Positions 19,614 through 28,726 of a DNA stretch of 64,000 bases are shown piece by piece. The stretch covers positions 15,507-79,506 of the forward strand of contig CAZTJD010000007.1 of assembly GCA_964613985.1 (NCBI GenBank), written 5' to 3'. The notes under the pieces were generated by a model. The model was not told the DNA's origin. It did no database searches and saw only the letters and a list, made by a program, of their open reading frames with translations. Each line of letters begins with the position of its first letter. The stretch's first letter is position 1. The DNA is from an uncultured Anaerolineales bacterium. Its GTDB lineage: Bacteria > Chloroflexota > Anaerolineae > Anaerolineales > UBA11858. The translations under genes and the position numbers were made by a program.

Positions 19614-20534
19614 CTATCCACCTGGAGTTTTAAGACGTCCTTGAACGACAATTCTCTGGTCATCGATAAGATAAGGATAACAGGAGATCAAAGTAATTGA
19701 TGAATCGGAAGTAGACTCCATAACACTGATATCCGTAGGTTCAAGAATCCTGGTACGGGTTACAACATAAACATAAACCTGCCGGTTTGTAAATAAAACG
19801 ATTTCATCACCTGGTTGTAATTGATCTAAATATCGAAAAATCTCTCCAAATATATCGTTGTGAGCAGAAAGAACAATATTTCCCTTCTCTCCTGGATTTG
19901 CTGTGCCAATGTTCTGTCCGACACCTTTCTTAAGCTGCTCCCATCCATCCCCTTGAACTACAGGTGCATCTATTCCGATCGCAGGGATTTGAATTCGGTT
20001 TGCCTGTGCAGGGCCTGGGGTAGGGATGGGAATATTCGCCAAGGATTGAACAAGTGGTTTCAAATGTTCTGGGATCTCAGAATCATTGGGACGGGCAACA
20101 CCATCAAGATTTGGGGGCGTATGACCTGAAGGTAAAACAACAGCCTGGATTATTGGCGTCGGTGTGAGAGTCGGTTGTTCCAAGGCTTGAGCCATCTCTT
20201 GATTCAACTGGCGAATTACATCAAGTCCATTGAACAACACAAAGATCAATCCTAGTACAGCTGTCAATTCAACAACGAGAAGAAATCCATCTAAAACTCG
20301 ACGCCCTTTCCTGCTTGGTGGATTTTCTATGTCTCCATTATATTCAGATAATGAATTCGAACGCATGAAATCCAAAGACCCAGATTCTATATCCGTTGCC
20401 AAAGTGACAATACGTCCTGTTTTCCGATAATGTTCAAGCCGACCTTGCCGGCTGGAACGCCGTTTCTCTACCAAAAGACGACGTAATTCTTCAACACTTA
20501 ATTCTTCCGGTAATTTCTTATTTCTGGTTAACAT
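19614..20534 (-). CDS. Sortase (class D/E/F-like) with N-terminal membrane anchor
   Basis: RIQIPAIGIDAPVVQG, GNIVLSAH, FRYLDQLQPGD, TLISCYP...R catalytic His/Cys/Arg. Confidence 0.92.
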   Translation of the reverse strand: MLTRNKKLPEELSVEELRRLLVEKRRSSRQGRLEHYRKTGRIVTLATDIESGSLDFMRSNSLSEYNGDIENPPSRKGRRVLDGFLLVVELTAVLGLIFVLFNGLDVIRQLNQEMAQALEQPTLTPTPIIQAVVLPSGHTPPNLDGVARPNDSEIPEHLKPLVQSLANIPIPTPGPAQANRIQIPAIGIDAPVVQGDGWEQLKKGVGQNIGTANPGEKGNIVLSAHNDIFGEIFRYLDQLQPGDEIVLFTNRQVYVYVVTRTRILEPTDISVMESTSDSSITLISCYPYLIDDQRIVVQGRLKTPGG

Positions 20535-20582
20535 AATAAAAAACGATCATGAAAGTATTAAATCTTTGCCGATCTTCGTGAG

Positions 20583-21071
20583 CTATGGGGATTTAGGGTG
20601 TGATGTTGAATGTTGTGACACCGTGGATAAGCCAATATTACCGTCTGGCATAATCGCAGCACGTAAATTTGCATCAGCGAGGTTTGTTGTGTGCAAGTTT
20701 GCTTGCCGCAAATTTGCATTATATAGATTAGCAGAAGTTAGATTCGCATCAGACAAATCAGCCCGGAACAAATTGGCACCTTCTAACTTGGCCCCGATCA
20801 AGCTTGCACGTATTAACTTGGCACCCATCAGGTTTGCTCTAGTTAAACTTGCTCCACCTAATTCTACCTTGTTCATCACAGCCCCTTCAAGGTTGGCATC
20901 ATCTAAAATTGCCCGTGTTAAATTTGTGCCTGTCAGATTCACCCCTTCCATATCAGCACCTGCTAAGTTAGCTCTTGATAAATTTAGTCCACTGAGATCC
21001 AACCCAACAAGCCATAATTTACCAGGTCGGTTTAATAAATCTACGATTTGCCAGCGAGTAAGCTCAGCCAT
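20583..21071 (-). CDS. Pentapeptide repeat protein
   Basis: Continuous A(N/D)Lxx repeats (ANLAG, ADMEG, ANLEG, ANLMG, AKLEG, ANLFR, ANLYN). Confidence 0.95.
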   Translation of the reverse strand: MAELTRWQIVDLLNRPGKLWLVGLDLSGLNLSRANLAGADMEGVNLTGTNLTRAILDDANLEGAVMNKVELGGASLTRANLMGAKLIRASLIGAKLEGANLFRADLSDANLTSANLYNANLRQANLHTTNLADANLRAAIMPDGNIGLSTVSQHSTSHPKSP

Positions 21072-21180
21072 TGTTAACCTCCATCACTTGAATTTGAATC
21101 GTGGATTTTGGATCTGATTTAGAATAGTAGCCATATTATACCCTTCAAAATGATTTATCCTAAAGGTTATAAATCAAAAA

Positions 21181-22305
21181 TTACTTTCCACCCCAAATCC
21201 AACCTTCGATACGACGAATAATCCGCAAAGCTTCGGATCGAATACGTAAATACAAGGCATATAAACCCTGGAAACGATAAGGCCAGACTGTTTTCTGTAT
21301 TTTGTCTGCTGGCAATGGGCCTGTCCATTGAACAGCAACTGCACCCCAGGTAAGGCCACTCCCAAACCCGACAAAGACAACTTTATCCCCCGGTTTTAAC
21401 CTCCTACCTTCGATAGCATCGACGGTTGCCAGGGGAATAGAAGCGGTTGAGGTATTTCCAAAGCGATCCAGGTTAATTACAAACCGATCTATTGAAATTT
21501 TTAATCCTTTGGCAGCGGTTTCAATAATTCTCCGGTTTGCTTGGTGAGGGATAATCAAACTGATTTCATCCAGCTCAAGACCAGCACCAGCAATGACGTC
21601 TTTTGTCGCCTGGACCATCACTCGAGTTGCAAAACGGAAGACTTCTCTACCTTTCATGTGAATGAAATGATCACCCCTTGCAATAGTTTCCTGTGATGCG
21701 GGTAACTTACTACCTCCACCAGGCAATGTTAATAAGTCGCTACCCGAGCCATCTGATCGCATAACTGCGGAAAGCACTCCACCTGGTTGCTCACTGGCTT
21801 GTAGTATAAAAGCCCCAGCCCCATCGCCAAACAAAATACATGTTGACCGATCTTTCCAGTTTGTGATCCGTGACAATGTCTCCGACCCAATCACAATTGC
21901 ATTTTGAATCGAACCAGTACGTATCGCCTGTGCTGCTATATTGACGGCAATGATGAACCCAGTACAAGCCGCGGACAAATCAAATGCACCAGCGTTCAAG
22001 GCACCGATTCGGTCTTGAACGAGCGAGGCTGTTGCGGGAAAAATAAAATCTGGAGAAGATGTTGCAACAATGATCAAGTCAACATTTGCTGGATTGAGAT
22101 TTGCGATTTCCAATGCCCGTAAAGCCGCATCCGCACCCAGGGTGGCGGTGCTTTCTTCTTCTGATGCTATCCTACGTTCCTTAATCCCGGTTCGGCTAAG
22201 GATCCAATCCTCAGTGGTATCCACCATTTTTACAAGGTCACTGTTCGTTATAACTCGTTCAGGAACAGCCGTACCCCAACCAGTTATATGTGCCTGAAGA
22301 ACCAC
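21181..22305 (-). CDS. fabH: Beta-ketoacyl-ACP synthase III
   Basis: AACTGF catalytic Cys, PHQAN, FGNTSTAS, GFGSGLTW. C-terminal extension of about 45 aa. Confidence 0.95.
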   Translation of the reverse strand: MVLQAHITGWGTAVPERVITNSDLVKMVDTTEDWILSRTGIKERRIASEEESTATLGADAALRALEIANLNPANVDLIIVATSSPDFIFPATASLVQDRIGALNAGAFDLSAACTGFIIAVNIAAQAIRTGSIQNAIVIGSETLSRITNWKDRSTCILFGDGAGAFILQASEQPGGVLSAVMRSDGSGSDLLTLPGGGSKLPASQETIARGDHFIHMKGREVFRFATRVMVQATKDVIAGAGLELDEISLIIPHQANRRIIETAAKGLKISIDRFVINLDRFGNTSTASIPLATVDAIEGRRLKPGDKVVFVGFGSGLTWGAVAVQWTGPLPADKIQKTVWPYRFQGLYALYLRIRSEALRIIRRIEGWIWGGK

Positions 22306-22307
22306 CT

Positions 22308-23552
22308 TTAATTCTCCGCGTATCTGCTTAAAATGATTGTCGCATTATGACCACCAAATCCGAAAGAATTGGACATAACATGGTCTACCTGGGATTTTCG
22401 AGCTTCATTCGGTATGTAGTCCAAGTCACATTCTGGGTCAAGGGTCTCATAATTAATGGTCGGCGGCAGGATACCATCCAGTAAAACCATGACGGAAATA
22501 ACAGCCTCTAAAGAACCTGCTCCACCCAGTAAATGTCCTGTCATTGATTTTATGGATGATGTTGGCACCGAGTATGCCAGTTCTCTAAAAATGGATTTTA
22601 TAGCAACCGTCTCGCTCCTGTCATTTAGAACAGTGCTCGTTCCATGAGCATTTATGTAACCGATCTCTGAAGTTTTTAAACCCGCGTCTACTAATGCTTT
22701 TTCCATACATAAAGCAGCTCCACCTCCATCTTCGAGCGGCGCTGAGATATGATATGCATCATTGGTTGTCCCATATCCGCTAACTTCAGCCAAAATTGTT
22801 GCTTGCCGAGCTTTGGCATGATCTAAAGCCTCTAATACCATTATCCCAGTCCCTTCAGCCATCACAAAACCATCACGATGGGCATCAAATGGGCGTGAAG
22901 CTCGATCAGGTTCATCATTGCGAGTTGAGAGTGCACCCATTACACTCATCCCAGCAAAAGCAACGGGGATTATCGGTGCCTCGACGCTGCCTGCAATGAT
23001 TACATCCACCTGACCACGCCGAATCATTTCCGCTGCTTCCCCAATGGAATTCGTACCAGAAGCGCAAGCGGTCACAACAGCCATATTTGGCCCCCGCAAA
23101 CCATAAGTAATGGCGATTAATCCCGCAGAAGTATCTGGCAACATCATCGGAACCATGAAAGGACTTACCTTATTAGGTCCTTGCTCTAAAAAAGCTGCTG
23201 TATTTTTAAAAAGTGTCCCTACCCCACCTATTCCAGTACCAACTAAAACCCCGATACGGTCTCGATTCTCATCAGTAAGTTTAAGACCTGCCTGTTTAAG
23301 CGCCTCATCTGTTGCTGCGAGGGAATATTGTCCGCATAAATCCATACGACGTGCGTCTTTCCTTCCAAACAATTTCACACCATCAAAGCCTTTGATCTCA
23401 CCCGCAATTTTTGTCTTGAATTCCGTGGTATCAAATGCGGAAATAGTGGAAATTCCTGATTTTCCAGCGATTATATTATTCCAAGATGTCTCTACATCAT
23501 TCCCCACGGGGCTGACACATCCCAAACCTGTAACAACGACTCTTTCTTTCAC
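22308..23552 (-). CDS. fabF: Beta-ketoacyl-ACP synthase II
   Basis: TACASG, NAHGTST, KSMTGHLLG, SNSFGFGGHN. Confidence 0.96.
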   Translation of the reverse strand: MKERVVVTGLGCVSPVGNDVETSWNNIIAGKSGISTISAFDTTEFKTKIAGEIKGFDGVKLFGRKDARRMDLCGQYSLAATDEALKQAGLKLTDENRDRIGVLVGTGIGGVGTLFKNTAAFLEQGPNKVSPFMVPMMLPDTSAGLIAITYGLRGPNMAVVTACASGTNSIGEAAEMIRRGQVDVIIAGSVEAPIIPVAFAGMSVMGALSTRNDEPDRASRPFDAHRDGFVMAEGTGIMVLEALDHAKARQATILAEVSGYGTTNDAYHISAPLEDGGGAALCMEKALVDAGLKTSEIGYINAHGTSTVLNDRSETVAIKSIFRELAYSVPTSSIKSMTGHLLGGAGSLEAVISVMVLLDGILPPTINYETLDPECDLDYIPNEARKSQVDHVMSNSFGFGGHNATIILSRYAEN

Positions 23553-23847
23553 ATCATTCTCCTAATTAATGCGTTTTTTCGATCACATTTTAGAAATCAA
23601 GAGCATTAAATCCATTGCTTCATGGGAAATTCCCAGGATTAACCCTTAAAGTTTGTTGTAAAAACAATCACACGAATCATCCCAAAAGAGTAATCATAGA
23701 TCAGATATAGTCCATCCACATCTTGGAAATATAACACCACTTGGGCAGAAACGGCACGATTCCTAATATCCTCGATCCCAGGCTGTTGATATCCATGAGT
23801 ATTGGTTGATCGAAAGGTTCCTTATTACCCTCCATTAAAATTAAAAA

Positions 23848-24720
23848 TCATCTTTTAAACCACCGTCGAACACGGCTGGGTAGTCCAACCGCTCGTCGCA
23901 GCTCAGGAAGCAAGTTCTCTGTTGCAATCTCACCCAACTTTACTACCTCACGGATATCTACCTGGTCGAGATAGCCAATGTTATAAACCTTGGGTTGGAT
24001 AAGTACATCTGGCGCATCCAACTGAAGTCGCATTTCCGTTATCGAGCTTATCCCAATATCAATGGAGTGCAGGAATATTTCAAAAGCCTTAGAAACACGC
24101 AGACGAGAAATACGAGTTAGGATTGGTTCGACAGCTTTTGGCCCTAATGGCGGTAAAAGGCCATGGTGAGTCGGTGCAGATGTCAAAGTAACAGCAATAA
24201 CTGGCAGGTTGGCAACCGGGCTGATCTCGCGAGCAACTGAAACAGGAACTGGGTCCAAGACCCCCCCATCAACCAGCAGATACTCTTCCCACTTTTTCGG
24301 AGGAAAAATACCGGGGATGGCAATCGTTGCCATCACCGCATCTATCACGCGCCCTTCCCGTAAAACCACCTTATTTCCTGATTTAAGGTCAACAGCGACT
24401 AAGGCACAAGGGATTTTAAGTTCAAGAAATGTTCGCTCTCCAAGCAGTTCTTTCATTACTTGGGCAATACCAACAACGCCAAAAAGAGAAGGCTCATCTC
24501 CAAAATGGAAACCAAACAGACTGCGCTGATCGACTTTACACATGACCTCCTCAAGCTCATCAGGACTGTATCCAGCTGCATAGGCAGAGGCAGCCATTCC
24601 TCCCGCGCTGGTACCAGCAATAGCTCGGATGCGATATCCCTCCCTTTCCAGGACTCGTAATACACCAATATGAGCATTGCCTTTTGATCCACCACCTCCA
24701 AGGGCTAAAATGATATCCAT
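23848..24720 (-). CDS. Patatin-like phospholipase
   Basis: GGGGSKG oxyanion loop, GTSAG nucleophile, DGG catalytic Asp. Confidence 0.93.
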   Translation of the reverse strand: MDIILALGGGGSKGNAHIGVLRVLEREGYRIRAIAGTSAGGMAASAYAAGYSPDELEEVMCKVDQRSLFGFHFGDEPSLFGVVGIAQVMKELLGERTFLELKIPCALVAVDLKSGNKVVLREGRVIDAVMATIAIPGIFPPKKWEEYLLVDGGVLDPVPVSVAREISPVANLPVIAVTLTSAPTHHGLLPPLGPKAVEPILTRISRLRVSKAFEIFLHSIDIGISSITEMRLQLDAPDVLIQPKVYNIGYLDQVDIREVVKLGEIATENLLPELRRAVGLPSRVRRWFKR

Positions 24721-25456
24721 GTCCTATCCTTTCCTCCTTACTTGCACCTGATTACCTTATTGGTTCTTCCCAACGTACTAAGTTATTTTACCTTTCTTCA
24801 TTATCATCAAAAATAATAATACCGTGAACTCATTAATTTATAAGTGTGGAATTATTAAAACGAATACCAAGAAATTTGCAACCAAATAAAAAGTTGTCTT
24901 GCTTCAAAAATCCTTCGTATCTCCAGACTTATCAAAGTTTTCAATAGCATCCCTATTCATAATGCTAGGTACAAGTTTCAGATAAATTTAACTTCTTCAT
25001 TATAAATCCTGTCCTTAAGCGGTGCCGGGGCATTGTCTAAAAGTTATGGATACAAGGTTTACCAATCTCCCCAGTGTTTCCAACCTATTCAGATAGAAAA
25101 TCAATACTCAAGACAGGTCTACTTCCTTTCCGTAAATTTGCTATTTAATTCTGCTAGCTGCCATTCTGGGTGGTGCTCTGTGCTAGCGTCCCAGCCTCTT
25201 TAGATTAACTTGGAGACACATTTCCCTCATAAAATTACAATCCTCGAGCCAAAAGGGAAAGGTTTTTACCAGAATCCCCCACAATTTGCATCGGTTCATT
25301 AAACAAGTACTTCACCAACAAATGATTAACTTCCTACAGCTCAGTTATGGAATTGGCCATTTACCTCAATTTTATAATCTCATTGATCCGAATTAAAAAA
25401 TCATGCCGAATGGTTAATGAACATTAATAAAAAGGAATTAAGATACTCGGGATTTT

Positions 25457-25693
25457 TTATCCAACCATCGCATGAAGTGCATCCAGTAAAGCCAGATATT
25501 CTTCTTTGCAACCGCTACATCGGTCTAAATGTTGTTTTACGAGAGGCAAGGCTTCTGCTGCATTCATACCCATTAATTCAAGTTCAGCAAAGCGGTCCAT
25601 TTCTTCAAAACACTCCCCACAGTTAAGCTCATGTTGATAGGTCAATTGTAAAGACCGCATCATTTTCCTTATCACTTCTTTCGTCAATTCCAT
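25457..25693 (-). CDS. Small zinc-binding (ZAS/zf-HC2-like) anti-sigma protein
   Basis: C..C near the N-terminus and HLDRCSGC (Hx3Cx2C). Directly downstream of the ECF sigma gene. ATG at 25693 (MELTKE) preferred as start. Confidence 0.7.
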   Translation of the reverse strand: MELTKEVIRKMMRSLQLTYQHELNCGECFEEMDRFAELELMGMNAAEALPLVKQHLDRCSGCKEEYLALLDALHAMVG

Positions 25694-25739
25694 TTCTGCT
25701 CTCTCTCCTGCAATACTGATGTAATCCCCTAAGACAATC

Positions 25740-26363
25740 TTACGAATCTTCAAAAACCGCCAGCACTTCTTGAGGTGTTATTCCTCTTGCCAGCAATCGT
25801 TTGCGCATTTGCTTTCGAGCATCATGAACGAGCTTATAAAGAGCATTACGATTGGTATCCATTTTCCGAGCAACCTCCTCCAAAGGCATCCCTCCAGCCA
25901 TGATTGCCACCAAGGCAGTACGCTGTCGTTCAGTTAATTCTTCGTTCAATATTGTACTGATCATTTCCGTAAGTATAACTTGAGCGGCTTGTATCTCTGG
26001 ATCCGGATTGGGATCGGCAAGAAAGGATGGGACAAAATCACCACCATCGTCTGGGATTAAGTCTTCTATAGAGATGTTCTCCCAACGTTTACGACGGAAT
26101 TCAGTGAAAGCAACTCTTACAGCAATCTTCTGCGCCCAGGTGGTGAACATACTCTCACCACGGAAAGTATCCAAATTGTCTAATATCCTTATGAGCGCGT
26201 CCTGAACGAAATCCTGAATATATGCATCCAAATCATTATTTATCTGGCTGGAAAGAGAATATGTTAAACCCTTAATTAAAATATCTCTTAAATCCTCAAT
26301 GGCTCGATTCCGGTTTGGACCTTGAAGATCGCCCAGCCACTCTTCGTTTGTTCGTAATGCCAT
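25740..26363 (-). CDS. ECF (sigma-70 group 4) RNA polymerase sigma factor
   Basis: DFVQDALIRI..L..FRGES.FTTW region 2; LTERQR...EEVARKM.TNRNALYKLVHDARK region 4. Confidence 0.92.
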   Translation of the reverse strand: MALRTNEEWLGDLQGPNRNRAIEDLRDILIKGLTYSLSSQINNDLDAYIQDFVQDALIRILDNLDTFRGESMFTTWAQKIAVRVAFTEFRRKRWENISIEDLIPDDGGDFVPSFLADPNPDPEIQAAQVILTEMISTILNEELTERQRTALVAIMAGGMPLEEVARKMDTNRNALYKLVHDARKQMRKRLLARGITPQEVLAVFEDS

Positions 26364-26749
26364 GGACTACTCCTTACGGTTCCCTAAATTATAGCATGGT
26401 CATGCTTTGGAGTAGAAAGTACGAAACATCATTACAATAATTTGCTGTTTTGATCTGAAAATGGTTGGTTTTTCGATTGACAAAACAGCCATATGAACCT
26501 ACCGGAAAAATGTCAGAAATTTCAAAAGTGAGAAAAAACACCAAAAACTGTGGGGGATCAAGGCTACAAATCATCAATTTAGTGTTTTTTTTCGTAATCT
26601 TGATGAATATTCCCTTCTCTTCCGATAGACCACTTTTTTGTACTCCAAATCTGCGCAAAGCAATTATTCACCATGGTCAGGTCAGCAGATTAATACTTTC
26701 TCATAATCACTTTCATTCATTGACCCTGTCTTAAATAAATGCTAAACTT

Positions 26750-26786
26750 TTATCAATAATTATTATCAATAAAGAATTGTTATCAT
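26750..26786. promoter_or_regulatory. Fur/PerR-box-like AT-rich site
   Basis: CAATAAT-T-ATTATCA 7-1-7 imperfect palindrome (26754-26768) plus TTATCA repeats just upstream of the fur/perR gene. Confidence 0.55.
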
Positions 26787-26816
26787 TAAACAAGTTGATT
26801 TAGAATTAAGCAATTT

Positions 26817-27257
26817 ATGCTTACGAAACGAGAACAAATCGACGATCTGGTCAATCGTCTACGGAAACACGGTCTACGGTTAACGCCTCAACGCATGGCT
26901 GTTTTGCAAACACTGATCAACAGCAGAGAACATCTCAACACGGAGGAAATTTACCAGGAAATCCATCTCCAATATCCCATGATCGGCCTTGCAACAATCT
27001 ATAAAACGATTTCTTTACTAAAAGAAATGGGGGAAATCAACGAACTTTATTTTAGGAGTCAAAGTGCGCGTTATGAAATACAAGATAATCCCCCTCATCC
27101 GCATTTCATCTGTACGCAATGCGGCAGGATATTCGATTTAGAACACAAACTCTTGGAAAATCTACCCGAAAAAATAACCAAAGAAAAAGGATACAAAATT
27201 GTGAAAACCCAACTGGAATTTTATGGTCTTTGCCAGGACTGCCAGTCTGGAAAATAA
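26817..27257 (+). CDS. Fur/PerR-family transcriptional repressor
   Basis: GLRLTPQR..VL, H...EEIY, LATIYKTI, H.HFICTQC and FYGLCQDC (two CxxC). Confidence 0.93.
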   Translation: MLTKREQIDDLVNRLRKHGLRLTPQRMAVLQTLINSREHLNTEEIYQEIHLQYPMIGLATIYKTISLLKEMGEINELYFRSQSARYEIQDNPPHPHFICTQCGRIFDLEHKLLENLPEKITKEKGYKIVKTQLEFYGLCQDCQSGK

Positions 27258-27289
27258 ATTTATTAGTCAAAACCGAAAAAGGAGAAATC

Positions 27290-27814
27290 ATGTTAAACAA
27301 AAAACTTGAAACTGCTATTAACGATCAAATACAACGAGAGTTAGCATCTGCATATATCTACCTTTCGATGGCTGCCTACTTCGAAGCCAATACGCTTCCT
27401 GGCTTTGCCAATTGGATGCGCGTTCAATTCCACGAAGAGCAAGCCCACGCTTTTAAATTCTTCGATTTTGTCTACGATCGAGGTGGCATAGTAAAATTAC
27501 AACCTATCGAGGGACCGCCAACAGAATTCGAAACCCCCATAGATGTCTTTGAGCAAACCTTGGCCCATGAACAAAAAATCACCGGTCATATAAACGATCT
27601 TTACTCCCTGGCAATCGAGGAGAAGGACTATCCCAGTCAATCACTCTTACAATGGTTCATCGATGAACAGGTTGAGGAAGAGAAAAACGCTGGAGACATT
27701 CTCGATATGCTTAAAATGGTTAAAAATAATCCTCATGCAGTACTGATGCTAGATAGAGAACTGCGTTCTCGCCAGATGCCTGCAGAAGTCCTGGGTAACG
27801 AAAGCGAAGAATAA
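27290..27814 (+). CDS. ftnA: Non-heme ferritin
   Basis: NDQIQRELASAYIYLSMAAYF, EEQAHA, E..ITGHIN, WFIDEQVEEE. AGGAG RBS before the ATG at 27290; the longer ORF start overlaps fur. Confidence 0.93.
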   Translation: MLNKKLETAINDQIQRELASAYIYLSMAAYFEANTLPGFANWMRVQFHEEQAHAFKFFDFVYDRGGIVKLQPIEGPPTEFETPIDVFEQTLAHEQKITGHINDLYSLAIEEKDYPSQSLLQWFIDEQVEEEKNAGDILDMLKMVKNNPHAVLMLDRELRSRQMPAEVLGNESEE

Positions 27815-27818
27815 TCCA

Positions 27819-28322
27819 ATGCGCAAATCAACGGAAACCAATCTGAACGAGGCATTTACCGGAGAGTGTCAGGCGTTTATGAAATACACTGCCTTTGCGG
27901 AGAAAGCACAAAGGGAAAGTTTACCAGAAGTAGCCCGTTTATTCACTGCAATCGCTTATGCCGAACGCGTGCATGCGATCAACCACCTAAGGGAGTTAGG
28001 CGGTATCGGCGATACGGCTTCTAATCTCGATGAAGCCATTCGTGGTGAAAATTACGAAAATACTGAAATGTATCCCGCTTTTGAAGCGGTTGCAAAACTT
28101 CAGGAAGAGAAAGGTGCCCTCCGCACGATCTTTTACGCGTTGGAGGCTGAAAAAATCCACGAGGTAATGTACGGGGATGCAAAAGAGATTGTTGAAACAG
28201 GCTCCGATATTGCCCCTCAGAAAATCTTTGTGTGTTCTGTCTGTGGTCACACGGTTTTTGGTGCTGCGCCTGACCGCTGCCCAATCTGCAAGGCGATAAA
28301 TTCAAAATACAAAGAATTTTAA
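27819..28322 (+). CDS. rbr: Rubrerythrin
   Basis: AFTGECQA..KY, AE..HA, EA..GE.YE, C-terminal CSVCGH...CPIC rubredoxin-like domain. Confidence 0.93.
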   Translation: MRKSTETNLNEAFTGECQAFMKYTAFAEKAQRESLPEVARLFTAIAYAERVHAINHLRELGGIGDTASNLDEAIRGENYENTEMYPAFEAVAKLQEEKGALRTIFYALEAEKIHEVMYGDAKEIVETGSDIAPQKIFVCSVCGHTVFGAAPDRCPICKAINSKYKEF

Positions 28323-28342
28323 ATCCTTTGAAAAATAGGGAC

Positions 28343-28373
28343 AAAGGAGCAGCCAGGAAAAGCTGCTCCTTTT
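28343..28373 (+). terminator. Intrinsic terminator
   Basis: AAAGGAGCAGC-CAGGAAAA-GCTGCTCCTTTT. Confidence 0.85.
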
Positions 28374-28498
28374 CAATATCTCAATCCCCCATTCAGCTGA
28401 ACCCTGACTTAACCATTAAAATGCGCGATTGCTTCTAATTCATACTGGTAATGGGCCATTCATGTTCGCCTTTGTAATCTAATTTTCTTTATTCGTGA

Positions 28499-28726
28499 TT
28501 AACCACCACCTACGGCTGAAAATACCTGCACTTCATCCCCATCCAAAACGACGGTATCAAGGTTGAATAATTTGCCATTTACAACCACTAATTGGACTTC
28601 ACCAAGTGGAATTCCCTGGTTGAGAATGATATCCTTTAATTGGGCTGGTTGTCTTAATGCCACCTCAATCCAATTTCCCTGAGTTCGGTTGTAGAAATTA
28701 AGGTACCCGCCGAGATAGAGTCTCAT
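28499..28726 (-). CDS. MoaD/ThiS-family sulfur carrier protein
   Basis: 75 aa, VVVNGK..LDTVVLDGDEVQVF and C-terminal GGG. ATGA overlap with the AOR stop. Confidence 0.88.
   Translation of the reverse strand: MRLYLGGYLNFYNRTQGNWIEVALRQPAQLKDIILNQGIPLGEVQLVVVNGKLFNLDTVVLDGDEVQVFSAVGGG

Noticed and set aside
20566-21117. 183-aa plus-strand ORF with periodic pattern
   Set aside because: Antisense shadow of the pentapeptide repeat gene.
21181-23552. fabH/fabF as acyl donors clustered with the NRPS
   Set aside because: They lie 14 kb away across unrelated genes and look like ordinary FAS II components.
24721-25456. 735-bp intergenic region as possible ncRNA, riboswitch or gene remnant
   Set aside because: No recognisable riboswitch consensus, tRNA fold, repeat array or protein motif found by eye; an Rfam scan would be needed.
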